Positions 36,531-46,050 are shown, numbered from the stretch's first letter. The stretch: 64,000 bases of DNA from an uncultured delta proteobacterium (GCA_963772835.1 CAVYYZ010000011.1:384001-448000), one strand, 5' to 3'. The notes: a model not told the origin generated them from the sequence alone. Program-made: numbers and translations.

Positions 36531-38513
36531 GTGACTGAAAATCTCCGGTTTCTCCATATTGAGGACAATCTCCTGGATGCAGAACTTGTAGAGGCAGAAC
36601 TGCGCAAGGAATGGCCCGATTGCCGCTATACGCTTATCTCTACAGAAAAGGAGCTGTCCGGCTCGCTTGCGGGCGGAGATTTTGACGCAATTCTGTGCGA
36701 CTTCTCACTGCCTGATTACGACGGCATGTCTGCCCTCTCGTATGCCGGTCGGTATGCGGTACATACGCCCTTTATCTTTGTGACCGGAGCCATGGGTGAA
36801 GAAGCGGCCGTCGCGACGCTGAAAAAAGGGGCTACGGACTACATCCTCAAAACGAGTCTCGCGAAGCTTAATCCGTCAATTACCAGAGCTCTGGACGATA
36901 AACGGAGAGAGACCGATTTTGTCATGCTGAAAGAGCAGGTTCTGAATGCCGCGCGGGAATGGAAGAGTACATTTGATTCCATCAGCGACAGTATTGCGCT
37001 CATTGATACGGACCAGAGGGTTATCCGCTGCAATCTGGCGACAAGTAAACTTCTTGGCCGCGAATTTGCCGACATCATCAGTCAGCCCTGCTGGGAATTG
37101 TTTCATGGCACTGATGCGCCTCCTCCCGACTGCCCGATGGGTAAAGCGAAGATTTCTCTCCATTCAGAAAGTTCGACGATCAGACACAGCGACCGCTGGC
37201 TCGAGGTGACGGTCGATCCGCTGCTGTCAGAGTCAGGCAGAATGACAGGAGCGGTTCATATCGTTCGTGATGTCACGGAACGGATCGGTCTCGTCAATTC
37301 ACTCAAAGATGCAAACGAGCTCTTCAGACTCTTTATGAAGCATTCACCCATTTATAGTTTCATCAAGGAAGTCAGCGCCACAGAAAGCCGTGTGCTGCAG
37401 GCAAGCGACAACTATCAGGATATGATCGGGATCAGTTCGCAGGATATGATCGGTAAAACCATGCACCAGCTTTTTCCGGCCGAATTTGCCGACAAGATTA
37501 CCGCCGATGACCAGCGTACCGTCCTCTTAAACGAGGTCCAGCGCCTTGAAGAGCATCTGCATAACGGCACCTACATAACCTACAAGTTTCCCATCGAACG
37601 GGCCGATGGAACACGGCTGCTGGCAGGATACACCATTGATATCACCGAGCGGAAGCAGGCGGAAGAGACTCTTCATGCCATGCAGACCCAGTTGATGCAG
37701 CAGGATAAACTGGCCACCATCGGCCAGTTGGCGGCCGGAGTGGCTCATGAGATTAACAACCCGATGGGGTTTATCGGCAGCAACATGGTCACGCTTGAAA
37801 AATACATCGGGAAATACAACCGCTATATCGATGGAATAGAGCAGGAACTGCGCTCAGTTTCATCCGGAAAACTGCCCGAGTCGATTCAGCTTTTGCGCCG
37901 GTCGCTCAAAATCGATTTTATTGCACGCGACATTGATCTGCTCGTAGATGAAAACAACGAAGGACTCGACCGTGTCAGACATATCGTTCAGGATCTGATG
38001 ACATTTTCCCATTCTGATGTCGCAGCCACCGGTCCGACTGATCTGAACAGATGTATGGACGGGACCATCAATCTCTTATCCAACGAGATTAAATATGTGG
38101 CAGAGCTGACACGCGATTACGGAGAATTTCCTCCAGTATCCTGCAATGTGCAGCAGATCGACCAGGTCTTCATGAATCTGCTGACAAACGCCATCCATGC
38201 CATCCAGACCAAGGGTGAAGAGGTCGGAAAAATATCCGTCCGGACCTGGAGTGACCATGACAATGTCTTCGTATCCATATCCGATACCGGCTGCGGCATA
38301 CTTCCCGAAAATCTGAGTAAAATTTTCGAGCCGTTTTACACAACCAAGGAGATAGGCAAAGGCACCGGTCTCGGGCTGCCGATCTCTGCAGGGATAGTAC
38401 GCAAACATGGCGGAGAAATCGCGGCGACAAGTAACATCGGGATCGGGTCAACATTTACGGTACGTCTTCCCCTGAAAACCGGCAATCACGCCGGCATAAA
38501 TCGGCTGGATTGA
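36531..38513 (+). CDS. hybrid kinase (REC, 2 PAS, HisKA, HATPase)
   Basis: GTG start with GAGGAGG; N-terminal REC (LHIEDN, ILCDFSLP, GATDYILK); DKLATIGQLAAGVAHEINNP. Confidence 0.92.
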   Translation: MTENLRFLHIEDNLLDAELVEAELRKEWPDCRYTLISTEKELSGSLAGGDFDAILCDFSLPDYDGMSALSYAGRYAVHTPFIFVTGAMGEEAAVATLKKGATDYILKTSLAKLNPSITRALDDKRRETDFVMLKEQVLNAAREWKSTFDSISDSIALIDTDQRVIRCNLATSKLLGREFADIISQPCWELFHGTDAPPPDCPMGKAKISLHSESSTIRHSDRWLEVTVDPLLSESGRMTGAVHIVRDVTERIGLVNSLKDANELFRLFMKHSPIYSFIKEVSATESRVLQASDNYQDMIGISSQDMIGKTMHQLFPAEFADKITADDQRTVLLNEVQRLEEHLHNGTYITYKFPIERADGTRLLAGYTIDITERKQAEETLHAMQTQLMQQDKLATIGQLAAGVAHEINNPMGFIGSNMVTLEKYIGKYNRYIDGIEQELRSVSSGKLPESIQLLRRSLKIDFIARDIDLLVDENNEGLDRVRHIVQDLMTFSHSDVAATGPTDLNRCMDGTINLLSNEIKYVAELTRDYGEFPPVSCNVQQIDQVFMNLLTNAIHAIQTKGEEVGKISVRTWSDHDNVFVSISDTGCGILPENLSKIFEPFYTTKEIGKGTGLGLPISAGIVRKHGGEIAATSNIGIGSTFTVRLPLKTGNHAGINRLD

Positions 38514-38582
38514 TAGATTTTTGTAATTGATCGGTTACTATATGAAATGAGTTATTATACGCGGTAATCCGAAGGAGAAAAC

Positions 38583-39539
38583 ATGAAGACCGTTCTGTTT
38601 GTAGATGATGAAAAATCTATCCGCAATGCCATCGAGCGGATGTACATGGAACGTGATGACGTACGCTGCCTGTTCGCCTCATCCGGACAGGAGGGACTGG
38701 ATATTATCCAACAGGAAGATGTGTGGGTGGTTGTTTCTGACTACCTGATGCCCGGAATGAGGGGGATCGAGTTTCTCTCAAAAACCAGGGGGGTCCGGCC
38801 GGATACCGTGCGGATCATGATGACAGCCTACGCGGATATATCCATCGCCATTGACGCCATCAACAAATCAGAGGCGTATCGTTTTGTTACCAAACCCTGG
38901 AATAATCAGGAATTGATGGCGACCATCGATGAGGCGCTGATGCGGTATCAACTGATCCAGACCCTGGGAAAGGATGATGAGTCTCTGTATCTTTCTCTGG
39001 CGCAGACAGTCGAACTGAAGGATCCCTATACCAAGGGGCATTGCGACCGCGTGGCCAGCTATTCGGTCAGCCTGGCCCGCGCCGCCAACCTGGATGAACA
39101 GGTCATTACTGATATCAAACATGGCAGCTGGCTGCACGATTGCGGCAAGATAGGGGTTCCGGAAGCGGTCCTCAACTTTCCGGGCCGACTGTCGGAAGAG
39201 GATCAGGAGACGGTGAGACAACATCCCCGCTGGGGTGCTGATGTTGCCCGGCAGGCCAGGATGTCCGAAACGGTGGTCAATGTGATTCTCTCCCATCATG
39301 AACAATTTAACGGAGGTGGCTACCCGTCGGGTCTCAAGGGTGAAAAAATTCCGATTGAAGCACGTATCGTGGCAATTGCGGATGTGTTTGATGCCCTGTA
39401 TTCCGACCGTCCCTACCGCAAGGCATTTACATTCGAACGGGTGATCGAGTTAATGCAGGAAATGGCGGTAACACATTTTGATCCGCGGTTAATGGCGCTT
39501 TTCGGTCCGATCTCCGAAGAAGCGCGCTCCAAAGAATGA
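38583..39539 (+). CDS. response regulator with HD-GYP cyclic-dinucleotide phosphodiesterase domain
   Basis: REC (VLFVDDE, VVSDYLMP, KPW); KDPYTKGHCDRV, LHDCGK, HHEQFNGGGYP, DVFDAL, RPYRK. Confidence 0.93.
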   Translation: MKTVLFVDDEKSIRNAIERMYMERDDVRCLFASSGQEGLDIIQQEDVWVVVSDYLMPGMRGIEFLSKTRGVRPDTVRIMMTAYADISIAIDAINKSEAYRFVTKPWNNQELMATIDEALMRYQLIQTLGKDDESLYLSLAQTVELKDPYTKGHCDRVASYSVSLARAANLDEQVITDIKHGSWLHDCGKIGVPEAVLNFPGRLSEEDQETVRQHPRWGADVARQARMSETVVNVILSHHEQFNGGGYPSGLKGEKIPIEARIVAIADVFDALYSDRPYRKAFTFERVIELMQEMAVTHFDPRLMALFGPISEEARSKE

Positions 39540-39599
39540 TGAGCGGCGTCATCAGCAGGCGTATCGAGTATACCTAATCCACCGAATACGAGTGAAGCC

Positions 39600-42572
39600 A
39601 TGAAAAAGTTTATTGACACTGCCAACGAAGCACCGGAATCACCCATTTTCCCCATCGTCGGTATCGGTGCCTCGGCCGGCGGACTGGCGGCATTTGAAGC
39701 ATTTTTTTCCGGGATGCCTGCCGACAAGGATCCGGATATGGCATTTGTTCTGGTGCAGCATCTGGCGCCGGACCACAAGAGTATCCTCTCCGAACTGATT
39801 CGCCGCTACACCCGCATGCAGGTTTTCGAGGTTATAGATGGTGTCGTGGTCCAGCCCAACTGCGTCTACATCATCCCGCCAGACAGAGATATGGCCTTTC
39901 TGAACGGTACGCTGCAGCTGCTGGAACCATCTTCTCCGCGCGGTCAGAGACTGCCGATCGATTTCTTCTTCCGCTCGCTTGCCCAGGACCAGCATGAACG
40001 TGCAATCTGCATCGTGCTTTCCGGTACCGGCAGTGACGGCACCCGGGGTGTGCGGGCTGTCAAGGATGAGGGTGGCATGGCAATGGTACAGAACCCCGAC
40101 TCAACCGAGTATGACGGCATGCCGCGCAGCGCCATCAACACCGGTGTGGTCGACTTTGTTCTACCGGCGAATGAAATGCCGGCCCGGCTTATCTCCTACT
40201 CATCCCATGCATTCGGGAAAATCGACCTATCGTTGGTTTCGTCGCGCACCATGTTGGATGACGCTCTGAAAAAAATATTCATCCTGCTGCGTGCCCAGAC
40301 CGGGCACGACTTTTCGCAGTATAAGCAGAATACCGTCAAGCGCCGGATCGAGAGACGTCTGGCGGTGCATCAGATTGCCGATCCGACAAGCTACGTCCGT
40401 TTTTTGCAGACGACACCGGAAGAGGTGGAAGCGCTTTTTCGTGATATGTTGATCGGCGTCACCAGTTTCTTCCGGGACCCGCTTGCCTTTGCCGCGCTTG
40501 AAAATACCGTCATTCCACGTCTCTTTGCCAACAAACCGGCCGGAAGTACTGTCAGAGTCTGGACCTGTGGCTGTTCCACCGGAGAAGAGGCCTATTCCAT
40601 CGCCATCCTGCTTCAGGAACATATGGATACATTGAAAAACAATTATACACTGCAGTACTTTGCCACCGATATCGACAACCGGGCCATTGATCAGGCCCGG
40701 ACCGGCCGCTATCCCGCCAGCATCGACTCCGATATTTCCGCTGAGCGGCTTGCGCGCTTTTTTACCCTGGAATCGGACGGCAGCTATCGCATCATAAAGA
40801 GTATTCGCGACCTGCTTATATTTTCCGAGCAGGATCTGATCAAAGACCCCCCCTTTTCCAGGCTCGACCTGATAAGCTGCCGTAATCTGCTGATTTATCT
40901 GAACAGCGACCTGCAAAAAAAACTGACCCCGCTGTTCCACTATTCGCTGAATCCGGGAGGCACACTTTTTTTGGGTACATCCGAGACCGTCGGTGATTCT
41001 GACCTGCTCTTCTCCACGCTTGATCGCCATGCAAAACTGTACCAGCGTAAAGAGGATCTTTCCGCATTGCAGCGCCTGACTCTTGGCCGCTTTATCCCGG
41101 CTCCCATCCAGGGTGTACAGCATCCCGCTGCCTCCGTTACGGTATCCAATGCCGGCAAGGTTTCGCTGCGCGAAACAACCGAACAGGTCCTGCTGGAGCG
41201 GTTCACACCGGTCGGTCTGCTGGTGACCGGACATGGGGAGATTCTCTATCTGCATGGACGGAGTGGCCGCTATCTGGAAGCGGCTTCAGGTGAGCCAAGC
41301 ATGAATATCCTCAAGATGGCCCGGGAAGGACTGAAACGTGATTTGACCACCGCCCTGCACAGTGTTGTAAAACATAATAAACCGGTAACGCGACATTCCT
41401 TGCGGGTAAAAACCAACGGCGATTTCAGCACTGTCAATCTGACGGTGCTTCCGGCACCGCAAAACCAAGATACCGGTAACAGCTCGATGCTGTATCTGGT
41501 TGTCCTCGAGGAGTGTAAGGCACGTGCCCACATCCCTCCGGCACCGGTCCAGACGGCAACTCTGGTTGAAGAGCCGGATGAATCTGCAACGGACGCAGAG
41601 ACTACCATCATCAGGTTGAAGCAGGAGCTGAAGGCCAATGAGGAATATCTCCAGAGTGCCAACGAAGAGCTGGAGACCTCTAACGAAGAGCTCAAATCAT
41701 CCAATGAAGAGATGCAGTCGGTCAATGAGGAGCTGCAATCCACCAATGAAGAGCTGGAGACTTCCAAGGAGGAGCTGCAGTCGGTCAACGAAGAATTATC
41801 CACCGTTAACGCTGAACTGCAGACAAAGGTGCTTGATCTGTCACAGGCCAATAACGATATGAACAACCTGCTGGCAGGAACCGGGATCGGTACGGTCTTT
41901 GTGGATTTCCAGTTACTGATCAAACGCTTTACCCCGTCAATCACCCAGGTCATTCACCTTATCCAGTCCGATATCGGCCGGCCGGTCGGGCACATCGTAT
42001 CCAATCTGGTTAATTATGAAACGCTGGTGGCGGACATAAATACCGTTCTGGACACACTGGTTCCGATTGAGGCCGAGGTGCAAAACAGGGAAAATGCCTG
42101 GTATCTGCTCCGTATCCGTCCCTACCGGACGCTTGAAAATGTTATCGAGGGTGCGGTAATAACCTTCATGGACATCAGCGAACTCAAGCGGGCACGGGAG
42201 GCTCTGCGAATTTCCGATGAACTGCAGCGTCTGGCCGTATTCGCCCGTGACGCTCACGATGCGGTCGTGGTTCATGATCTGGAAGGGCGCATTCTGGCCT
42301 GGAATCCGGCGGCGGAAAAGTTGTACGGCTGGAGTGATTCAGAGGCGCTGCTGATGAATATCAGCAAATTGATTCCGGAACAGCTGCGAAAGGCGGAATC
42401 AAAACGGGTACATCAGTTAAGCCGCAATGACGAACTGGAACCGTATCGTACAACACGGATCACCAAAGATGGCGCCGTTGTAAACGTGTGGCTGACCGCC
42501 ACTACCCTGCTGAATGAGGCGGAGCAGGTGTACGCGATTGCGACAACGGAGCGGGCGGTCACGAAAAAATAA
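39600..42572 (+). CDS. CheB-CheR fusion with glutamate-rich coiled coil and PAS domains
   Basis: CheB catalytic motifs GASAGG, VQHL, LSGTGSDG; CheR VTSFFRD, GCSTGEEAYS, ATDID, CRNLLIY; NEELxSx heptads; C-terminal PAS. Confidence 0.92.
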   Translation: MKKFIDTANEAPESPIFPIVGIGASAGGLAAFEAFFSGMPADKDPDMAFVLVQHLAPDHKSILSELIRRYTRMQVFEVIDGVVVQPNCVYIIPPDRDMAFLNGTLQLLEPSSPRGQRLPIDFFFRSLAQDQHERAICIVLSGTGSDGTRGVRAVKDEGGMAMVQNPDSTEYDGMPRSAINTGVVDFVLPANEMPARLISYSSHAFGKIDLSLVSSRTMLDDALKKIFILLRAQTGHDFSQYKQNTVKRRIERRLAVHQIADPTSYVRFLQTTPEEVEALFRDMLIGVTSFFRDPLAFAALENTVIPRLFANKPAGSTVRVWTCGCSTGEEAYSIAILLQEHMDTLKNNYTLQYFATDIDNRAIDQARTGRYPASIDSDISAERLARFFTLESDGSYRIIKSIRDLLIFSEQDLIKDPPFSRLDLISCRNLLIYLNSDLQKKLTPLFHYSLNPGGTLFLGTSETVGDSDLLFSTLDRHAKLYQRKEDLSALQRLTLGRFIPAPIQGVQHPAASVTVSNAGKVSLRETTEQVLLERFTPVGLLVTGHGEILYLHGRSGRYLEAASGEPSMNILKMAREGLKRDLTTALHSVVKHNKPVTRHSLRVKTNGDFSTVNLTVLPAPQNQDTGNSSMLYLVVLEECKARAHIPPAPVQTATLVEEPDESATDAETTIIRLKQELKANEEYLQSANEELETSNEELKSSNEEMQSVNEELQSTNEELETSKEELQSVNEELSTVNAELQTKVLDLSQANNDMNNLLAGTGIGTVFVDFQLLIKRFTPSITQVIHLIQSDIGRPVGHIVSNLVNYETLVADINTVLDTLVPIEAEVQNRENAWYLLRIRPYRTLENVIEGAVITFMDISELKRAREALRISDELQRLAVFARDAHDAVVVHDLEGRILAWNPAAEKLYGWSDSEALLMNISKLIPEQLRKAESKRVHQLSRNDELEPYRTTRITKDGAVVNVWLTATTLLNEAEQVYAIATTERAVTKK
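41637..41819 (+). repeat. degenerate 21-nt (heptad) coding tandem repeat
   Basis: NEELETS NEELKSS NEEMQSV NEELQST NEELETS KEELQSV NEELSTV. Confidence 0.85.
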
Positions 42573-42615
42573 TAGATTCTGTTGCCGTTCCGCCCGTGGC
42601 AGTGATAATGCAGGT

Positions 42616-43770
42616 TCAGTCTGTCGGGTCAATCAACCCGGAAATGACCCGTAAAAAATTACGGGTCAGGGCGGGGTGCAGCCCGGTTCCGGCCATATCC
42701 TGCATCATCGCGGCTATTTCCGGCAGCGACACCGGTTCCCGGTAGGAGCGTCTGGTCCGCAGCGCATCAAAAAAGTCCGATATTGACGTCATGTGACTGC
42801 AGAGGTTTTGCTGCCAGTCCGGAGAAACCTGCGGGTAACCGCTCAGATCGAATTTCAGGTGATGTTCGTAGGCGGCAATAACCGCCATCCGCGGTACCCC
42901 GGTTGTTTCGAGCAGGTGTCGTGCGCCTTTCACCGGATGTTGTTTCATGATGTCGTATTCGCTGGCACTTAATTTGTCTTTTTTTGTCAGTATTTCTTCC
43001 GGGATAAAGAGTTTACCGATGTCGTGAAGCATGGCGGCCACGCCGATATCGTTTAATAGCTGTCCATCAATTCCGAGTGCCATCGCCTGGGCAAGATTAA
43101 GGACGCAGACGTTCGTGGAGTGGGTAAACGTATATTCGTCCGTATCACGCAGCGATGCCATGGCAAGAAGCGGTTTTCCCTCCTTCCGGAATACATCTAT
43201 GAAGCCGGATACGACGTCATATACGCCGTTTATTTGCAGCGTATGCTTTTTCCTGACGGTCTCATAGATCTCCATGAAACTCGCCAGTTCCTCGCGCGGC
43301 ATGTCGGGCAGTGAAAGCCCCGTCTTATGCGGACTGCCGGATGCTGCATCACCCGATGCTCCCGTTACGCGAAAATCAACTTTTCCGAGCCGGATGTGGT
43401 CAGTGGATGTCATCGTCTGCGCGCCGTCATCCAGCTGTTGTCTGGCAAGTCCGCCGATCAGTGCATCCACTTCGTTTTTTGTAATTCCCGCCACCAATTT
43501 GAGCGTACCGATTCCGCGCGTTTTCAGAATGTGGGTGAAGCGATTGAGGAAGAGACTGAGTTCCTGCGGGCGGCCGTCAATGACCAGCTCATGTTCCACA
43601 ACCAGAAGCGTGATTTCTGGTCTGGATTCCAGCAGCAGACAGATGCTGTCAAAAGCATGGGCTGAAAGGCGTACCACCTGGGGATGGCCCATGCCGTACA
43701 GAGACGCGTTGGCGGTGGCTGACAACAGGTGACGTATAAACTCATTGATATGTTGACTCTGGCTGCTCAT
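42616..43770 (-). CDS. HD-GYP domain phosphohydrolase with uncharacterised N-terminal domain
   Basis: DEYTFTHSTNV, LHDIGK, HPVKG, EHH...SGYP, SDFFDAL, RSYR. Confidence 0.9.
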   Translation of the reverse strand: MSSQSQHINEFIRHLLSATANASLYGMGHPQVVRLSAHAFDSICLLLESRPEITLLVVEHELVIDGRPQELSLFLNRFTHILKTRGIGTLKLVAGITKNEVDALIGGLARQQLDDGAQTMTSTDHIRLGKVDFRVTGASGDAASGSPHKTGLSLPDMPREELASFMEIYETVRKKHTLQINGVYDVVSGFIDVFRKEGKPLLAMASLRDTDEYTFTHSTNVCVLNLAQAMALGIDGQLLNDIGVAAMLHDIGKLFIPEEILTKKDKLSASEYDIMKQHPVKGARHLLETTGVPRMAVIAAYEHHLKFDLSGYPQVSPDWQQNLCSHMTSISDFFDALRTRRSYREPVSLPEIAAMMQDMAGTGLHPALTRNFLRVISGLIDPTD

Positions 43771-45935
43771 GCGTTATTCCCGGATATTATTCGCAACGTT
43801 TCTGCCGCCAGGCGGGCTATCTCGCCGGAGCCGTTCGCAATATGTTCGAGAACAGGACGTGATATTCCGGGTGGATATTTTGGCAGAGAATGTATGATTT
43901 CTGTTTTCAGATTGGACAGCTGACGTGAATGCAGCATGCTCCTGGAACCGAGGATTTTTGCCAGTTCCGGTAATACTTCCGCCCGGCCGATTTCACCCAG
44001 CGCATGTACAATTGCGCTTTTTCGTTCACATTCCGCCTGGGAAAACCCACCCTGCGTCAGTATGCCGGTCAACCTGGACGCAACGGCCGGGGCCGTGCAA
44101 CGTTCTGCCAGCAGAATTGCAGCTGTCTGCAGTTCTGCGTTCTGGCTGTCCAGATCTTCCAGAATCTGCTTTTCGACATGCGGATCACGAAAATGCACCA
44201 GCGCTTTAAGGACTTCCTGACGCAGTCGCGGATCTTCGCTGCGCAGTAACGGGCGTATCATCGATACAACTGACGGGTCGTTCTGGGCGGTGAGTATAAT
44301 CAGCAGATTGCGCAGAAAATACCAGCGCGGATCAAACAGGCGGCCGGCAATCGCTTCTCTGGAGAGGGGGCCCATTTCGGTCAGACAATCCATATAAAAT
44401 CGACGGAGAGACATGTTGCTTTCTTCCGACAGGCGATCCAGAATAGCCTCGACGAAACCCCCGCCGATTTTATGAATGAGAGAACGGATGTCGCTATAGC
44501 AGGGTTTCCCCCAGATAACCAGTCCATCCAGAATTTCATCCAAAAAATCTCTGCGGCCGTATTCGTCTCGCAAACGCTGATGGATTTCATCCGGGAATGT
44601 ACTGTCGTTCAACTGGTCAATCATCTTGCATAATTGAGCATAGTCGCCGGTCTGCAGGAAATAAACGAGCATATCAGTCAGGTTTTGTGTCAGCAGTTCG
44701 CGTTCTTCCGGTGATTCGGCCCCTTCACGGATCAGGTTTATCAGAATTTGACCGATACTGCTTTCAATGGAGCGGTTTTCAACCGTTGTCAGCAGTTCGT
44801 CCACCTCTTCCATATTAAGGCGTGACATCTTATCGGAAGCAATTATGAGATTAAGCTTTTTCTGGTAATCGTCAGGGACAAACTCTTCCGAAGCATGTTC
44901 GCGGAAGATGGTCTTCATCTTTGCTGAAAGGTCATCTTCCGCGGAGAGTTCTTCAATTGCGCTGCGGGAACCGCCGGCATTTTGTCCGAGACGCTCCAGA
45001 AGAGCCAGAACAACGGGAGATACCGTAATACGGCTCTGGTTGATGTCTTCAAGGGTTTCAATGATCGCGCTGTCGGAGAGACCGGCGAGAACGGGTTCCG
45101 CGACGTTTTGCATATTCCGGTTTCCCCCTCCGAAGGAGCTGGCAATGAATTGTCTGCGCAGTTCGGGGGTGAGATTGCTGATAAAGGCGGCAAGCTTCTG
45201 GACGGGTTGACCGGCCAGTGATTCCGGATGTGTGCCATCACCGCCGGGTGTTAAAAAAGCGGAGATAATCCTGTTCAGATCGGCGCTGTCAATGGCGCCG
45301 CGAGTATGCTGCAGGTTAAGAACCTCGGCAAGAATCTCCGGGTCAAGGCGCGTCTCTTCATTGCCTGGACCATCCAGGTCACCACGGGTAAGCTCTCGTG
45401 CAAATCGTTCCCACAGCTGTTCACCTGTCGGGAGGTCGCTGCCGGGTGAAATAGTATCCTCATCAGTTGACTTGAAAAGATCGTAGCGTATCGGCCTGAT
45501 TGACATTGAAGTGATCCGGGCCTCGGCCCATACCTGCTCAATGCCACCAAGGAGATTGATCTGTTCGCGTTTATGGCCCAGGATGATCGTAAAGGCGGTA
45601 AGTTCTTCAATGGTAATGCCACGGTGGAAGAGAATCGCTCCGATACCGCGTTCAAAAAGGGCGCGTGAAAAATCACGATACACCAGGTTCGTTTTTTCAA
45701 GAGCGACACCATCTACCATCAAGGTATCAGTGGCGACCCCCAGAATCAGTTCATCATGCTTATTCAGCAGTTCCTCGTAGACAGAGAGCACTTTGGCCAG
45801 AGACGCAGCAACAACCGGATGCCCTGCGGGGTAGGCGCGGCAGTTGCGGCGGGCGATGTTAAGCTCGATGATCAGGGTTGCCAGCGACCTGGCATCACCA
45901 GTGTCGGACGGTATGTCATTTGATTGGGGATTCAT
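43767..45935 (-). CDS. HEAT-repeat protein with uncharacterised N-terminal domain
   Basis: C-terminal HEAT-like repeats (LFDPRWYFLRNL, LRSEDPRLRQEVLKAL, HALGEIG); ATGA overlap with the HD-GYP gene. Confidence 0.82.
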   Translation of the reverse strand: MNPQSNDIPSDTGDARSLATLIIELNIARRNCRAYPAGHPVVAASLAKVLSVYEELLNKHDELILGVATDTLMVDGVALEKTNLVYRDFSRALFERGIGAILFHRGITIEELTAFTIILGHKREQINLLGGIEQVWAEARITSMSIRPIRYDLFKSTDEDTISPGSDLPTGEQLWERFARELTRGDLDGPGNEETRLDPEILAEVLNLQHTRGAIDSADLNRIISAFLTPGGDGTHPESLAGQPVQKLAAFISNLTPELRRQFIASSFGGGNRNMQNVAEPVLAGLSDSAIIETLEDINQSRITVSPVVLALLERLGQNAGGSRSAIEELSAEDDLSAKMKTIFREHASEEFVPDDYQKKLNLIIASDKMSRLNMEEVDELLTTVENRSIESSIGQILINLIREGAESPEERELLTQNLTDMLVYFLQTGDYAQLCKMIDQLNDSTFPDEIHQRLRDEYGRRDFLDEILDGLVIWGKPCYSDIRSLIHKIGGGFVEAILDRLSEESNMSLRRFYMDCLTEMGPLSREAIAGRLFDPRWYFLRNLLIILTAQNDPSVVSMIRPLLRSEDPRLRQEVLKALVHFRDPHVEKQILEDLDSQNAELQTAAILLAERCTAPAVASRLTGILTQGGFSQAECERKSAIVHALGEIGRAEVLPELAKILGSRSMLHSRQLSNLKTEIIHSLPKYPPGISRPVLEHIANGSGEIARLAAETLRIISGNNA

Positions 45936-46050
45936 GGCGATATTCTAACATTAAATGAAAATAAGGCCACAAAAAACGAATACGACACAACCTCTGTATT
46001 TTTCATATGCAATTCTTTTGCGACGCCATATTGCAGGCTACTCTTCTCAC

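Noticed and set aside
29565..37775. DNA similarity between the H-box regions of kinases 1 and 4 as a mobile-element repeat
   Set aside because: Differences are at third codon positions; ordinary paralogy
41637..41819. 21-nt periodic repeat as a possible CRISPR or VNTR
   Set aside because: Degenerate at synonymous positions, no spacers, in frame: a coding heptad repeat
40227..41953. Long antisense ORFs (342 aa and 227 aa) opposite the CheB-CheR gene
   Set aside because: No recognisable motifs; the Ser-rich text is the mirror of the NEEL heptads. Shadow frames.
26150..42615. Signalling island as a mobile element
   Set aside because: No integrase, transposase, tRNA or flanking direct repeats seen
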